NCBI GenBank assembly: GCA_963674745.2
Contig: CAXXDV010000003.1
Span: 96,001 to 160,000 of the forward strand
Direction: 5' to 3'
Origin: Desulfosudaceae bacterium
Lineage (GTDB): Bacteria; Desulfobacterota; Desulfobacteria; Desulfobacterales; Desulfosudaceae
Length of the DNA stretch: 64,000 bases
Position numbers and translations under genes: made by a program. Below the pieces are notes generated by a model. The model was not told the origin of the DNA. It was given only the letters and a program-made list of their open reading frames with translations, and searched no databases. Of this stretch, positions 27,384-36,360 are shown one piece after another (the stretch's first letter is position 1; every line of letters starts with the position of its first letter).

Positions 27384-28961
27384 GTGGAAGAACATCTGGC
27401 TAAACGGTTGGCGGAGTTGGAATCGGTTCGGGAACGGGTCCGGGCGGGCGGTGGACCCGATAAAACAGAAAAACAGCATGCGGCCGGCAAGCTGACCGCC
27501 CGTGAACGGCTGGACCTGCTGCTGGACAAGGATAGCTTTTTTGAGATCAATATGCTGGCCGGACACGCGGTCAACATGCCGGGCGACGGACTGGTCTGCG
27601 GCAGCGGCGCGATTAACGGCCGGCAGGTGTTTGTTTATTCCCAGGACAAGACCGTTCGGGGTGGTTCGGTCGGTGTCGAGCACGGTTACAAGATGTATCG
27701 CGCCGTGGAGCGGGCCCTGGAAATGCAGGTGCCGCTCATCGGTCTCCATGATTCGCCGGGCGCGCGATTGCCCAGCGCGGCGGAACTGGAATGGCTGGGC
27801 GCCAACAAGCGGGCCATATTTTCCAATATATCCGCCAAACACGGCGGTTCCATTTTTTATCCCAATACGCATGCCTCGGGCGCGATACCTCAATTGTCAG
27901 CCATTCTCGGTACCTGCGCCGGCATATCCGTATATTCGCCGGCCTTGAATGATTTTATCTTCATGGTGGACAATATCAGCCAGATGTTTATCACCGGTCC
28001 CATGGTGGTCAAGATGGTTACCGGTGAGGATATCAGTATCGAAGATCTGGGCGGTGCCAGGGTGCACGCCCAGAAAACCGGTTCCTGCGATTTCCGCTGC
28101 CCGGACGAGCGTTTTTGCCTGTTGGAAATGCGTCGTTTGCTCGGTTTTCTGCCGGCCAACTGCGATGAAGCACCGCCTGTCTATCAGCCCGGCGACGATC
28201 CTGACCGGTCATGCGATGAACTCAACGACATCATGCCGGCCCAGCCCAATCAGCCCTATGATATGCGTCGGGTTATCGACGCCATCGTCGACAATCATGA
28301 TTTTATGGAAGTCAAAAAAGAATTTGCCGGGGAAATGATCACCGGTTTCGCCCGGCTGGACGGTAAATCTGTGGGCATCGTGGCCAACCAGCCCATGGTC
28401 ATGGCAGGATCACTGACCGTTGACAGCTCGGACAAGCAGGCCCGATTTATCCGGTTCTGTGACGCCTTTAATATTCCCTTGCTGATCCTGGCCGATACCC
28501 CGGCCTATATGCCGGGTTCGGGTCAGGAGCATAACGGTATCATCCGTCACGGGGCCAAGGTATTGTACGCCCTGTGCGAGGCCACCGTGCCCCGGATTTG
28601 TATCGCGTTGCGCAAGGCATACGGCGGCGGTAACCTGGGCATGGGGATTCTGCCGGGCCTGGGTACCGACATGGTTCTTTACTGGCCGACCATGGAAACC
28701 GGGATCCTGGGCGCCGAACAGTCCGTGATGTTGCTGTTCGGAAGTCATGAACGGGCCGGTGAACCGGGTTTTCTTGATGAGAAGCTCAAGGAATACCGTG
28801 AGTCCTACGCGAATCCTATTTATGATATTTCCTCGAATATCAATGTCGAAGATGTTATTACCCCGGCGGAAACCCGCAGCTATGTCATCCGGGCCTTTGA
28901 CATGTTGGCTTCAAAGAAAAGACCCCGTGCAGACAAGCGGCACGGAAACATTCCGCTTTAA
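27384..28961 (+). CDS. Acyl-CoA carboxyltransferase beta-type subunit (candidate alkylmalonyl-CoA decarboxylase/transcarboxylase)
   Basis: GKLTARERL, FITGP, GIVANQP, RFIRFCDAFNIP, RKAYGG, KRHGNIPL. GTG start with RBS AAGGAG. Confidence 0.9.
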   Translation: MEEHLAKRLAELESVRERVRAGGGPDKTEKQHAAGKLTARERLDLLLDKDSFFEINMLAGHAVNMPGDGLVCGSGAINGRQVFVYSQDKTVRGGSVGVEHGYKMYRAVERALEMQVPLIGLHDSPGARLPSAAELEWLGANKRAIFSNISAKHGGSIFYPNTHASGAIPQLSAILGTCAGISVYSPALNDFIFMVDNISQMFITGPMVVKMVTGEDISIEDLGGARVHAQKTGSCDFRCPDERFCLLEMRRLLGFLPANCDEAPPVYQPGDDPDRSCDELNDIMPAQPNQPYDMRRVIDAIVDNHDFMEVKKEFAGEMITGFARLDGKSVGIVANQPMVMAGSLTVDSSDKQARFIRFCDAFNIPLLILADTPAYMPGSGQEHNGIIRHGAKVLYALCEATVPRICIALRKAYGGGNLGMGILPGLGTDMVLYWPTMETGILGAEQSVMLLFGSHERAGEPGFLDEKLKEYRESYANPIYDISSNINVEDVITPAETRSYVIRAFDMLASKKRPRADKRHGNIPL

Positions 28962-28973
28962 GGGGGTGATGAG

Positions 28974-29939
28974 ATGAAACCGATGACGAACCGGGTGACC
29001 GAAATCTTCGGTACCGCTTACCCGATTTCGCTGGGGCCCATGCGACAGATCACTCTTGGCACCATGGCCGGGGCCGTGTCCGCAGCCGGTGGCTTCGGAC
29101 AGGTGGCCGCATCCGGCCTGGGAAAAGCGGATCTGATAAAAGAGATTGAAACCGCCCGGGCCATTACCGACCGGCCGGTGGGTGTTAATATTCCCGTTTA
29201 TCGTTCCAATGCCCCGGAAATGCTGGAAGCCGCCATTGAATTGGGCGTGCGGACCATTACCACTTCAGCCGGTAATCCCGCCAAGATAATGGAACAGGCC
29301 AAACAGGCCGGTTTGCGGGTGGCGCATAAAGTGTCCACCGTGGCCATGGGCAGAAAAGCCGAGGCCGCCGGAGTTGATGCCGTTATCGGCATGGGATTTG
29401 AAGCCGGCGGGCATGTGGGGCGGGAAAAAATCACCACCATGTGCCTGGTACCGCAGCTGGTCGACGCCCTGTCTATTCCGGTGATTGCCGCCGGCGGCAT
29501 CGCCGATGCCAGGGGAGTTGTCGCGGCTTTTGCCCTGGGTGCTGAAGGCGTTGAAATTGGTACCCGCTTTGTGGCTACTGCCCAGGCGCCGGTGCCTGAT
29601 TTTTTCAAGAACCTGGTCATCGATGCCGAATGTGACGCGACGCTGTTGCTGGGCAAGGACGCCATGCCCATCCGGGTCCTGCGTAACGCGGTGACCGCCA
29701 TGGTGTCCGGGATGGACGAGGCCGAGGCCGACCGGCAGATGGTTTCAAAAGGCGATGCCACCTATATTCAGTCCGGTGGAAATGCCGACACCGCCGTTAT
29801 GCCCTGCGGGCAGATCGCCGGCCTGGTCCGGACGATTACCGATGTGGCGGGGATATTTGAAGAAATTACAACCGGCGCGGCCGCTGTTTCTCGACATGTG
29901 GCCGCGTTATTCCATTCAGAGGATGATCATGACGGATAA
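28974..29939 (+). CDS. FabK/nitronate monooxygenase-family FMN oxidoreductase
   Basis: GFEAGGH, PVIAAGGIAD, GTRF, GQIAGL. Confidence 0.88.
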   Translation: MKPMTNRVTEIFGTAYPISLGPMRQITLGTMAGAVSAAGGFGQVAASGLGKADLIKEIETARAITDRPVGVNIPVYRSNAPEMLEAAIELGVRTITTSAGNPAKIMEQAKQAGLRVAHKVSTVAMGRKAEAAGVDAVIGMGFEAGGHVGREKITTMCLVPQLVDALSIPVIAAGGIADARGVVAAFALGAEGVEIGTRFVATAQAPVPDFFKNLVIDAECDATLLLGKDAMPIRVLRNAVTAMVSGMDEAEADRQMVSKGDATYIQSGGNADTAVMPCGQIAGLVRTITDVAGIFEEITTGAAAVSRHVAALFHSEDDHDG

Positions 29940-30720
29940 TTATATTCTTACGGAAACAAAAAATCATGTCGCCTGGATCACGCTTAACCGGCCTGAGCGA
30001 TACAACGCTTTTGGCGGTTACATGCGTCAGCAGATTGTTCAGGCATTACAGGCGGCGGCCGAAGACAATGACGTGCGGGTGGTGGTGATTACCGGTACCC
30101 AAAAGTGGTTCTGTACCGGCGGCGATGTTCAGGAATTTGCCGACGGTGACACCAAGGCCCTGGAAGAGACCGCCTCCAACCGGCGGCCGGCCATGTGCGA
30201 GGCCGTCCTGGCGATTAATCAGATGGAAAAACCGGTTATTGCCTCGGTGAACGGAATGGCTGCCGGCGGTGGGTGTAACCTGGCCCTGGCCTGTGACATC
30301 CGGATTGCCGGAGACCAGGCCCGGTTCGCCCAGGTATTTACCCGTCGGGGTGTCCATCCCGACTGGGGCGGCATTTATTTTCTGCCCCGGTTGGTGGGTT
30401 ATGCCAAGGCCGCAGAGCTGATTTTCAGTGGTGATATCGTCAAGGCCGAGGACGCTTTTCAGATGGGAATGGTCAACAAGCTGGTACCCCAGGACCAATT
30501 GACCGGGGCCACCCGGGAGATGGCTGAGCGGATTGCCGGTAATGCCCCCATCCCGGTTGCTTTTGCCAAACGCGGCCTGCAGAATTTTCATCGCTGGGAC
30601 CTGTCCCAGGCACTGGATTATGAATGCTATGTGCTTGAAATGTGCCGCAAGACGGAAGATATCATCGAAGGATTCGGTGCTTTTCTGGAAAAACGGGAGC
30701 CGCAATTCAAGGGCCGGTAA
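29929..30720 (+). CDS. Enoyl-CoA hydratase/isomerase
   Basis: ITLNRPERYNA, FCTGGD, AAGGGCNLALACD, AFLEKREPQFKGR. Confidence 0.92.
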   Translation: MTDNYILTETKNHVAWITLNRPERYNAFGGYMRQQIVQALQAAAEDNDVRVVVITGTQKWFCTGGDVQEFADGDTKALEETASNRRPAMCEAVLAINQMEKPVIASVNGMAAGGGCNLALACDIRIAGDQARFAQVFTRRGVHPDWGGIYFLPRLVGYAKAAELIFSGDIVKAEDAFQMGMVNKLVPQDQLTGATREMAERIAGNAPIPVAFAKRGLQNFHRWDLSQALDYECYVLEMCRKTEDIIEGFGAFLEKREPQFKGR

Positions 30721-30772
30721 CCGGAAGCCTTTTAAATTCATATGGCGTACATTCAAGAAGCAAGGAGACATA

Positions 30773-31183
30773 ATGAAAGTCAGTGATGCCGTAAAGCAGT
30801 TTTTTTCGAGCCGGGAGCGCACCAATATTCTGGCCACTACCGGGACCGACGGAAAAGTGAATGTGGCCGCTTTCGGTTCCCCCGCTCTGGACGGGGAGGA
30901 CCGCGTCAGCATGCTGCTGGGGGACAACCGCACCTGGGCCAACCTGAATCATAATCCCCACGGCGCCTTTCTCATTATCATGCACGGCAGCACGGGCATG
31001 GGCATGCAGGGATGCCGGCTGTATGTAAAAGCCATACAGATGTCGGATTCCGGACCTGAGTTTGACGCCCGCATGGATGAAATCCGCGCCCGCATCGGTG
31101 ACGCGGCCGACATGCTCAAACACCTGGTCGTTTTCGAGGTGCTGGAGGTCCGGCCCATCCTGGATCTGGGACAGGGTGTCTGA
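30773..31183 (+). CDS. Pyridoxamine 5'-phosphate oxidase-like flavin-binding protein
   Basis: ILATTGTDGKVNVA, TWANLNHNP, GCRLY. RBS AAGGAG. Confidence 0.75.
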   Translation: MKVSDAVKQFFSSRERTNILATTGTDGKVNVAAFGSPALDGEDRVSMLLGDNRTWANLNHNPHGAFLIIMHGSTGMGMQGCRLYVKAIQMSDSGPEFDARMDEIRARIGDAADMLKHLVVFEVLEVRPILDLGQGV

Positions 31184-31205
31184 TGATGAAAAAACATTGT
31201 TTACC

Positions 31206-32132
31206 ATGCAGGGCCTGACATTATCCGGAAAATACTTTGAGACCTTTGGCCGGCCCCTGATCGAGCGCCGGTTCGGTCATGTCCGCGACCGGATTGCCGT
31301 CGGACTGGTGGGAGACGGTTCGGAATGTTACGGTTTTGATGATGAGATTTCCCGGGACCATGACTGGGGTCCGGGGTTCTGCGTCTGGTTGACGGCTGAA
31401 GATTACCGGGCATTCGGACCGGCATTGCAGGCGGCCATCGACGGGCTGCCACCGGTGTTCGAGGGATTCGGCCCCCGTTGTCAGAGCCGGTGGGGGCAGG
31501 GCCGTGTCGGCGTATTTGAGATCGGGGCGTTCTATCGACACTTTATCGGTCGGGAATCGGCGCCTGAATATCCTGAAGAATGGCTGCTGCTGCCGGAAAC
31601 GGCACTGGCGGCCTGCACCAACGGTGAGGTTTTTACCGATCCCGCGGGTGAATTCACCCGCTGCCGCCGGGCCCTGTTGGATTTTTATCCGGAAGACGTC
31701 CGGCTGAAAAAGATCGCTTCCCGCTGCATGACCATCGGTCAGTCCGGCCAGTACAATTACCCCCGATGCGTCAAAAGAGGCGACACTTTCGGCGCCCGTT
31801 ATGCCATCATTAAATTCTGTGCCGACTATTTTTCAGCCATATTTCTGTTCAATAAACGATACATGCCCTTTTATAAATGGGTTGCCCGGGCAGCGGAAAC
31901 GCTGCCGCTGCTGGGCCGCACCAGCCGGGAAAGAATCATCCGGCTGCTGAATGAAATCAATCCGGTCGATTGTGAGGAAATCATTGACTCCCTTTGCGCC
32001 GACCTCGTCGGCGCCCTTCAGGCCGAAACCTGGACGGACAGCAACAGTGATTTTCTTGTTGATCACGGTCCTGAAATCCAGCGCCGTATAAAGCATCCGG
32101 CCCTTCGGGCCCGTGATGTCTGGATCGGCTGA
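31206..32132 (+). CDS. DUF4037-like protein
   Basis: AVGLVGDGSECYGFDDEISRDHDWGPGF, NGEVFTDP, QSGQYNYPRC, YMPFYKW. Confidence 0.78.
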   Translation: MQGLTLSGKYFETFGRPLIERRFGHVRDRIAVGLVGDGSECYGFDDEISRDHDWGPGFCVWLTAEDYRAFGPALQAAIDGLPPVFEGFGPRCQSRWGQGRVGVFEIGAFYRHFIGRESAPEYPEEWLLLPETALAACTNGEVFTDPAGEFTRCRRALLDFYPEDVRLKKIASRCMTIGQSGQYNYPRCVKRGDTFGARYAIIKFCADYFSAIFLFNKRYMPFYKWVARAAETLPLLGRTSRERIIRLLNEINPVDCEEIIDSLCADLVGALQAETWTDSNSDFLVDHGPEIQRRIKHPALRARDVWIG

Positions 32133-32148
32133 AAGGAAAAAACAGAGC

Positions 32149-33063
32149 ATGAAACCACCGTTGCTGATCATCGGCGGTAGCTATTTTGCCGGCCGGGTTT
32201 TGGTCGAAGAATTGCTTAAAACCGATGACTTCCGGATATCTGTGCTCAACCGCGGGAACCAGCCCCTCAACCGCGAGGGGGTTACCGAAATCCGGGCTGA
32301 CCGGCACGACGCTGATGCCTTGGGGCAGGTGATTCCTGACGAGCCGTGGGCCGGAGTGATCGATTTCTGCGGGTATGACGACCAGGAGGTGGAAGTTCTG
32401 CTGTCAACACCGGGCGTCCAATTTGCATCCCGATATATTTTTATCAGCACGGCCAGTGTTTACGAAAACAGCCGAAAATTGCCGTTGCTTGAATCTTCCG
32501 GCCTGTTAACGGCTCCGCAGCCGGAACTGGGGTCGGCCGCAAATTATGGTTTTGACAAGTGCCGGGCGGAAGCAGCGGTGATTGAAAAGTGCCAGACAGC
32601 GGGGATTGCCTGGACCATCCTGCGGCCGTCAATCGTTTACGGCCGTTACAATTACGCGCCCCGTGAAAGCTATTTTTTTGATCTGGTTCGAAAAGGGGAG
32701 ACGGTGGTGGTCCCGCAAAATGATCTGCCCCTTTTTCAGTTTCTGCTGGTTGATGACCTGGCCCGGATTATCCGTTGCTGCCTGGAGGCCGAATCAGCCC
32801 GCGACACGATTTTTAACGCGGCCGCCCCGGACTTGGTATCCTATGCCCGATACTTGGATGTCATAGAAGAGATAACCGGCGAACGCATCCCCGTGCTGCC
32901 CATGTCCGTTCAGGAGATTGACGCCCGCCGTATCCCTCTGCCGTTTCCACTGGACAGCCACATTATTATTTCTACCGAAAAGCTGGTGCGTACCCTGGGT
33001 TTTGAATATACGGAATTTACGGAAGGCATGCGTCGTACGTGGGAATGGTTTAAAGGCCGATAA
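32149..33063 (+). CDS. NAD-dependent epimerase/dehydratase (extended SDR)
   Basis: IGGSYFAG, FISTASVY, YGFDK, LRPSIVYG. Confidence 0.85.
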   Translation: MKPPLLIIGGSYFAGRVLVEELLKTDDFRISVLNRGNQPLNREGVTEIRADRHDADALGQVIPDEPWAGVIDFCGYDDQEVEVLLSTPGVQFASRYIFISTASVYENSRKLPLLESSGLLTAPQPELGSAANYGFDKCRAEAAVIEKCQTAGIAWTILRPSIVYGRYNYAPRESYFFDLVRKGETVVVPQNDLPLFQFLLVDDLARIIRCCLEAESARDTIFNAAAPDLVSYARYLDVIEEITGERIPVLPMSVQEIDARRIPLPFPLDSHIIISTEKLVRTLGFEYTEFTEGMRRTWEWFKGR

Positions 33064-33144
33064 CCCCGCCCATCCACTCAATTGGAGAAGCGCTCGTTTT
33101 TGTAATTTGTCACGTCAGTAAAGAGATATCGCGCCTGTGAGAAA

Positions 33145-34161
33145 CTATGTTTTGAGGATAGTCTCTACTTCCCGGGATTGATAGAACGACTCCAGGTGGG
33201 ACCTTAAGAGCCGTTCAAGACGACCCGATTCCCGAAGTGTTTTTATGACCGGCGCTAATGACTGATAGCCTTCTTCGACCAGGATGGATTTCGTAAAGCC
33301 CAGGTCGACGAGCATTTCAGGTACGGAAAAGTCCTGGTACATTTCAAAAACAATATGCACGATTTCAGTATATACTTCTTCAAAAAAAGGGGTTTTGCGA
33401 AATTTCGTCCAGAATTCATAGCCGAAGACAATAAAGTCTTCCATGTCGTCTTCGCTTATTTGACCGAAATGTTCGGCCAGCGGAATGTTAAAGGTGTTTT
33501 CCCAGATTTCATCCCCGTAGTCCATCAACCGGTCCTTGGTGAAAAATTGAGATACATATTTTTCACTGCGCTGAATTTTTCTTTCAATGTTATCGGCGAT
33601 AAAACGTTTGATGCTTTCCTGGACGGTAGATTCAACTTCAGGCCGGCCTTTTAAAGCGGTTTTTTTCCCCTGCTGAAGAAAAGACGATAGCTGTGGAAAG
33701 GCCTTCATCAGAAGATTCTCCTCCAGCAGGTAACTTTTGATGCCATTGTAGATCGCATCGGAAAGGGTTTCGGTGAAAACCTGACTGTTCGTAATCCGGT
33801 GAAACTGGCTTTCCCTGAAAGATTCCATGGAGGCTGATTTTTCAACGATATAGTCCCATAATTCACGGTCAAAAATATCTTTTAAATGTGTTTTTGAATG
33901 GATCGGAAAGGAAAGGAACCGGCGGCTGCATTCACCGATAATTTCCGTGATCGCGCCTGATATGGGAAAATCCACCACATATCGTTTCATATAAAACAGC
34001 AACAGTTCTGCTGATACCCATTCGCGTACCGGAACATTCTCCAGGTTTTCCCATGCGGCATTGATTCGTGTTTCAATGGTCTGTCGTAATTTGTCTTCTT
34101 TGAGCAGGTTCATTTCAAAATCAATGTGAGCGTCAAGAAGCCTGGAGGCGGTTTCGTTCAT
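33145..34161 (-). CDS. Hypothetical, probably alpha-helical protein co-oriented with the fabR-like gene
   Basis: 338-aa ORF with protein-like composition. No motif recognised. Confidence 0.7.
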   Translation of the reverse strand: MNETASRLLDAHIDFEMNLLKEDKLRQTIETRINAAWENLENVPVREWVSAELLLFYMKRYVVDFPISGAITEIIGECSRRFLSFPIHSKTHLKDIFDRELWDYIVEKSASMESFRESQFHRITNSQVFTETLSDAIYNGIKSYLLEENLLMKAFPQLSSFLQQGKKTALKGRPEVESTVQESIKRFIADNIERKIQRSEKYVSQFFTKDRLMDYGDEIWENTFNIPLAEHFGQISEDDMEDFIVFGYEFWTKFRKTPFFEEVYTEIVHIVFEMYQDFSVPEMLVDLGFTKSILVEEGYQSLAPVIKTLRESGRLERLLRSHLESFYQSREVETILKT

Positions 34162-34186
34162 TTTTTATCCGAAAATTGATGGTGTG

Positions 34187-34864
34187 TTACTGCGCCTGTT
34201 TTGACAGTGCGCCGAGAAAAAGGAGTTCGGTCTTTTCTAAAATTCGACCAACCGTATTCGCTTTGTCGTAATCCTGGTCAAGGATTTCCAGCCCTGCTTT
34301 GATTATCAGCTCCAGGAATGTTTCAGATATTGTAGGGATGAGGTTTCTGGTCGTTTCATTTTCAGTCAGATTCAGCAGGTGTATGGTGTAATCCCGGGTA
34401 AGCTCTCCCAGAATGCGGTTAACCGCGCCTCTTAATACGGCCAGGCTTCCCACCCGCACCTGAAAGAAAAAATGAAACAGGTGAAGGTTGTCTGATACAC
34501 CGTCGAGAAAATGTTCAATAAAAATTTTAACGACTTGCTGGTAGTCTGAAAAGGCATCCCGGGCAGAAGGAAGCGTGTGTTCTTCTATCGAATTCCGGAT
34601 TTTATCCAGATATTCATTTAAAACAAGCTCGACCTCATCTACCAGTTCAAGCCCGAGTTCGTCCATGTCTCGAAAATGGCGGTAAAATGAGGTCGGTGCA
34701 ATTCCGGCTTCCCGCGCCACCGACCGCAGGCTTAAGCTTGCGAATCCGTTCTCAGCACTTAATTCCAATGCGGCCTTTATCAAGGTCTGGCGGGTTTTTT
34801 GGGTCTGTTCCCTGCTGTGTCTGCGAGAAGCCATAGCTGTAATTGTTTTTTCCCGTTTATTCAT
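34187..34864 (-). CDS. fabR: TetR-family regulator, FabR-like
   Basis: HTH FASLSLRSVAREAGIAPTSFYRHFRDMDELGL is nearly identical to the FabR HTH as I recall it. A matching operator lies upstream. Confidence 0.75.
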   Translation of the reverse strand: MNKREKTITAMASRRHSREQTQKTRQTLIKAALELSAENGFASLSLRSVAREAGIAPTSFYRHFRDMDELGLELVDEVELVLNEYLDKIRNSIEEHTLPSARDAFSDYQQVVKIFIEHFLDGVSDNLHLFHFFFQVRVGSLAVLRGAVNRILGELTRDYTIHLLNLTENETTRNLIPTISETFLELIIKAGLEILDQDYDKANTVGRILEKTELLFLGALSKQAQ

Positions 34865-34947
34865 TCATAAACCATATCAGGCGTACTGACAAGTAGCGAT
34901 TGCTGTTTTACCACACCGAGGCTCGAGCGGATATGGTCAGCCGGCCA

Positions 34948-35163
34948 TCATAAGCTCATCATGGCGATGATTGCCGTAAAGTACCCGGCAACCGTAAACA
35001 GACGCAATTTCGAAAAGAATCTGATATCTTCTGAAAGCCGGGGATTTACGTCGGCAGTACCGGGCATCCTGGCCAGGGAAGGCAGACGGCTCCTGCCGGT
35101 GTCGTTACCGGCCGTGTTCTGCCCGGCCTCTGTCAGTATATTCATCTGTTTGTTCTGCTCCAT
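34948..35163 (-). CDS. Small hypothetical protein with C-terminal hydrophobic helix (71 aa)
   Basis: RBS AAGGA before MEQNKQ..., ends LFTVAGYFTAIIAMMSL. Confidence 0.45.
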   Translation of the reverse strand: MEQNKQMNILTEAGQNTAGNDTGRSRLPSLARMPGTADVNPRLSEDIRFFSKLRLFTVAGYFTAIIAMMSL

Positions 35164-35366
35164 AACCGGAGTCCTTCTTGGCGGAGAAAGATTGACAGTA
35201 CCTTCTTTGTGCCCCTTGATTAAAACAGCCATGGCAGGGTAAAAACTACAACTGAACTCACTTTTTTGGGTTTGTAAATTGAACATGTCAGCCGCCTTTG
35301 TTTTGGGAGTTATGTTGATTGAAACTGTCATTTTCTAACTGTACGTTTATTTGTTAAAATATATGT

Positions 35367-35382
35367 GCGTACACATGTACGC
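35367..35382. promoter_or_regulatory. FabR/DesT-type operator palindrome
   Basis: GCGTACA-CA-TGTACGC, just downstream of a minus-strand TTGACA-N17-TAATTT promoter (35396-35425). Confidence 0.75.
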
Positions 35383-35529
35383 TTAACTGTAAATACAAAT
35401 TATCCATTCTTGTCTGCCTTGTCAAGTAAAAAAATAGTACACCGGGCGATTTATTTATTTTTGGCTCGTCTATCGATTCGTTGTAATAATCGAATTGGAT
35501 AATTTTCAGAACAGTAGAGGGCCTTGGAA

Positions 35530-35794
35530 GGGTTCAAGAATTCAAGGATTCGAGGGGTCAAGTGAACTACTATAAACAAAGAACTGACGAATTTCTAAGA
35601 GTTCGGTTTGTGGGTTGGAACCCGGATATTATTCACTGGCAATTCAATCCTCCTTGGAAAGAATAATTTGCAAGTAAAAGGGAATATAGCAGGAATAGAA
35701 AATATGCTAAAAACTTTCATAAATCCTCTTAATAACAAACCCTTGACCCCTTGGAGCCTTCGATCCTGTGAGCCCACTAAATTGGAGAAGAACC
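35530..35794 (+). pseudogene. Decayed four-helix-bundle (IVP-like) gene cassette with 8-nt repeats and an ISL3-like end
   Basis: Repeats GGGTTCAA-GAATTCAA-GGATTCGA-GGGGTCAA, inverted copies at 35743-35766, remnant IAGIENMLKTFINPLNNKPL, end CCCACTAAATTGGAGAAGAACC. Confidence 0.5.
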
Positions 35795-36280
35795 TTAATC
35801 TTTAAGGCTGATCAGAAAGTCGACCATGGCGGGGACATCGGATCGGGGCAGAACGGGCAGATCGGTTTCAATCGGGTCATCGGTGATCACCGCCTGAACT
35901 TCCCGTCGTTCTTTAAAGAGGGGCTCTTTCCCGACTTCAGCCCGCCAGACCTCGATTTTTTTGCCGGGGCCGTCGATGTATCCTTCAACCAGGATAATAT
36001 TGCAGTCAATAAAAAGAGCGGACAGGCGGTCAAAGGGATTTTCTGACGGTTCATAGGGGAGAAAGACGGCCAGCTGGTTGGTGGTGGAGACAGCCACCGG
36101 AACCGCACCGGCCTGGCGGTGCCGGTAGGAATCCTTGCCGGGTTTGTCCAGTTCGTGGGCGTGTCCGCTGTGCTTCAGGGTACCGACTTTCAGCCCCCGG
36201 CGCGTTATTTCTTGAATAAGTTCAACAATCAGGGTTGTTTTGCCGTTCTTGGAACGGCCCGTGATATGGACAATATGCAT
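35795..36280 (-). CDS. mobB: Molybdopterin-guanine dinucleotide biosynthesis protein B
   Basis: GRSKNGKTTL, LKHSGH, DKPGKDSYRHRQAGA, ILVEGY. Confidence 0.88.
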   Translation of the reverse strand: MHIVHITGRSKNGKTTLIVELIQEITRRGLKVGTLKHSGHAHELDKPGKDSYRHRQAGAVPVAVSTTNQLAVFLPYEPSENPFDRLSALFIDCNIILVEGYIDGPGKKIEVWRAEVGKEPLFKERREVQAVITDDPIETDLPVLPRSDVPAMVDFLISLKD

Positions 36281-36360
36281 TAAAAGGCCTTTCCGGACGC
36301 TAAGAATTGAGCCCGACGGTCGTAAAGCCCGGTGTTTTTGCAACCGGCTGCGTCATTACA

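Noticed and set aside
35530..35805. Diversity-generating retroelement (Avd-like remnant, with an FGE/CLec-fold protein at 61.5 kb)
   Set aside because: No reverse transcriptase and no template/variable repeat pair were seen in the window.
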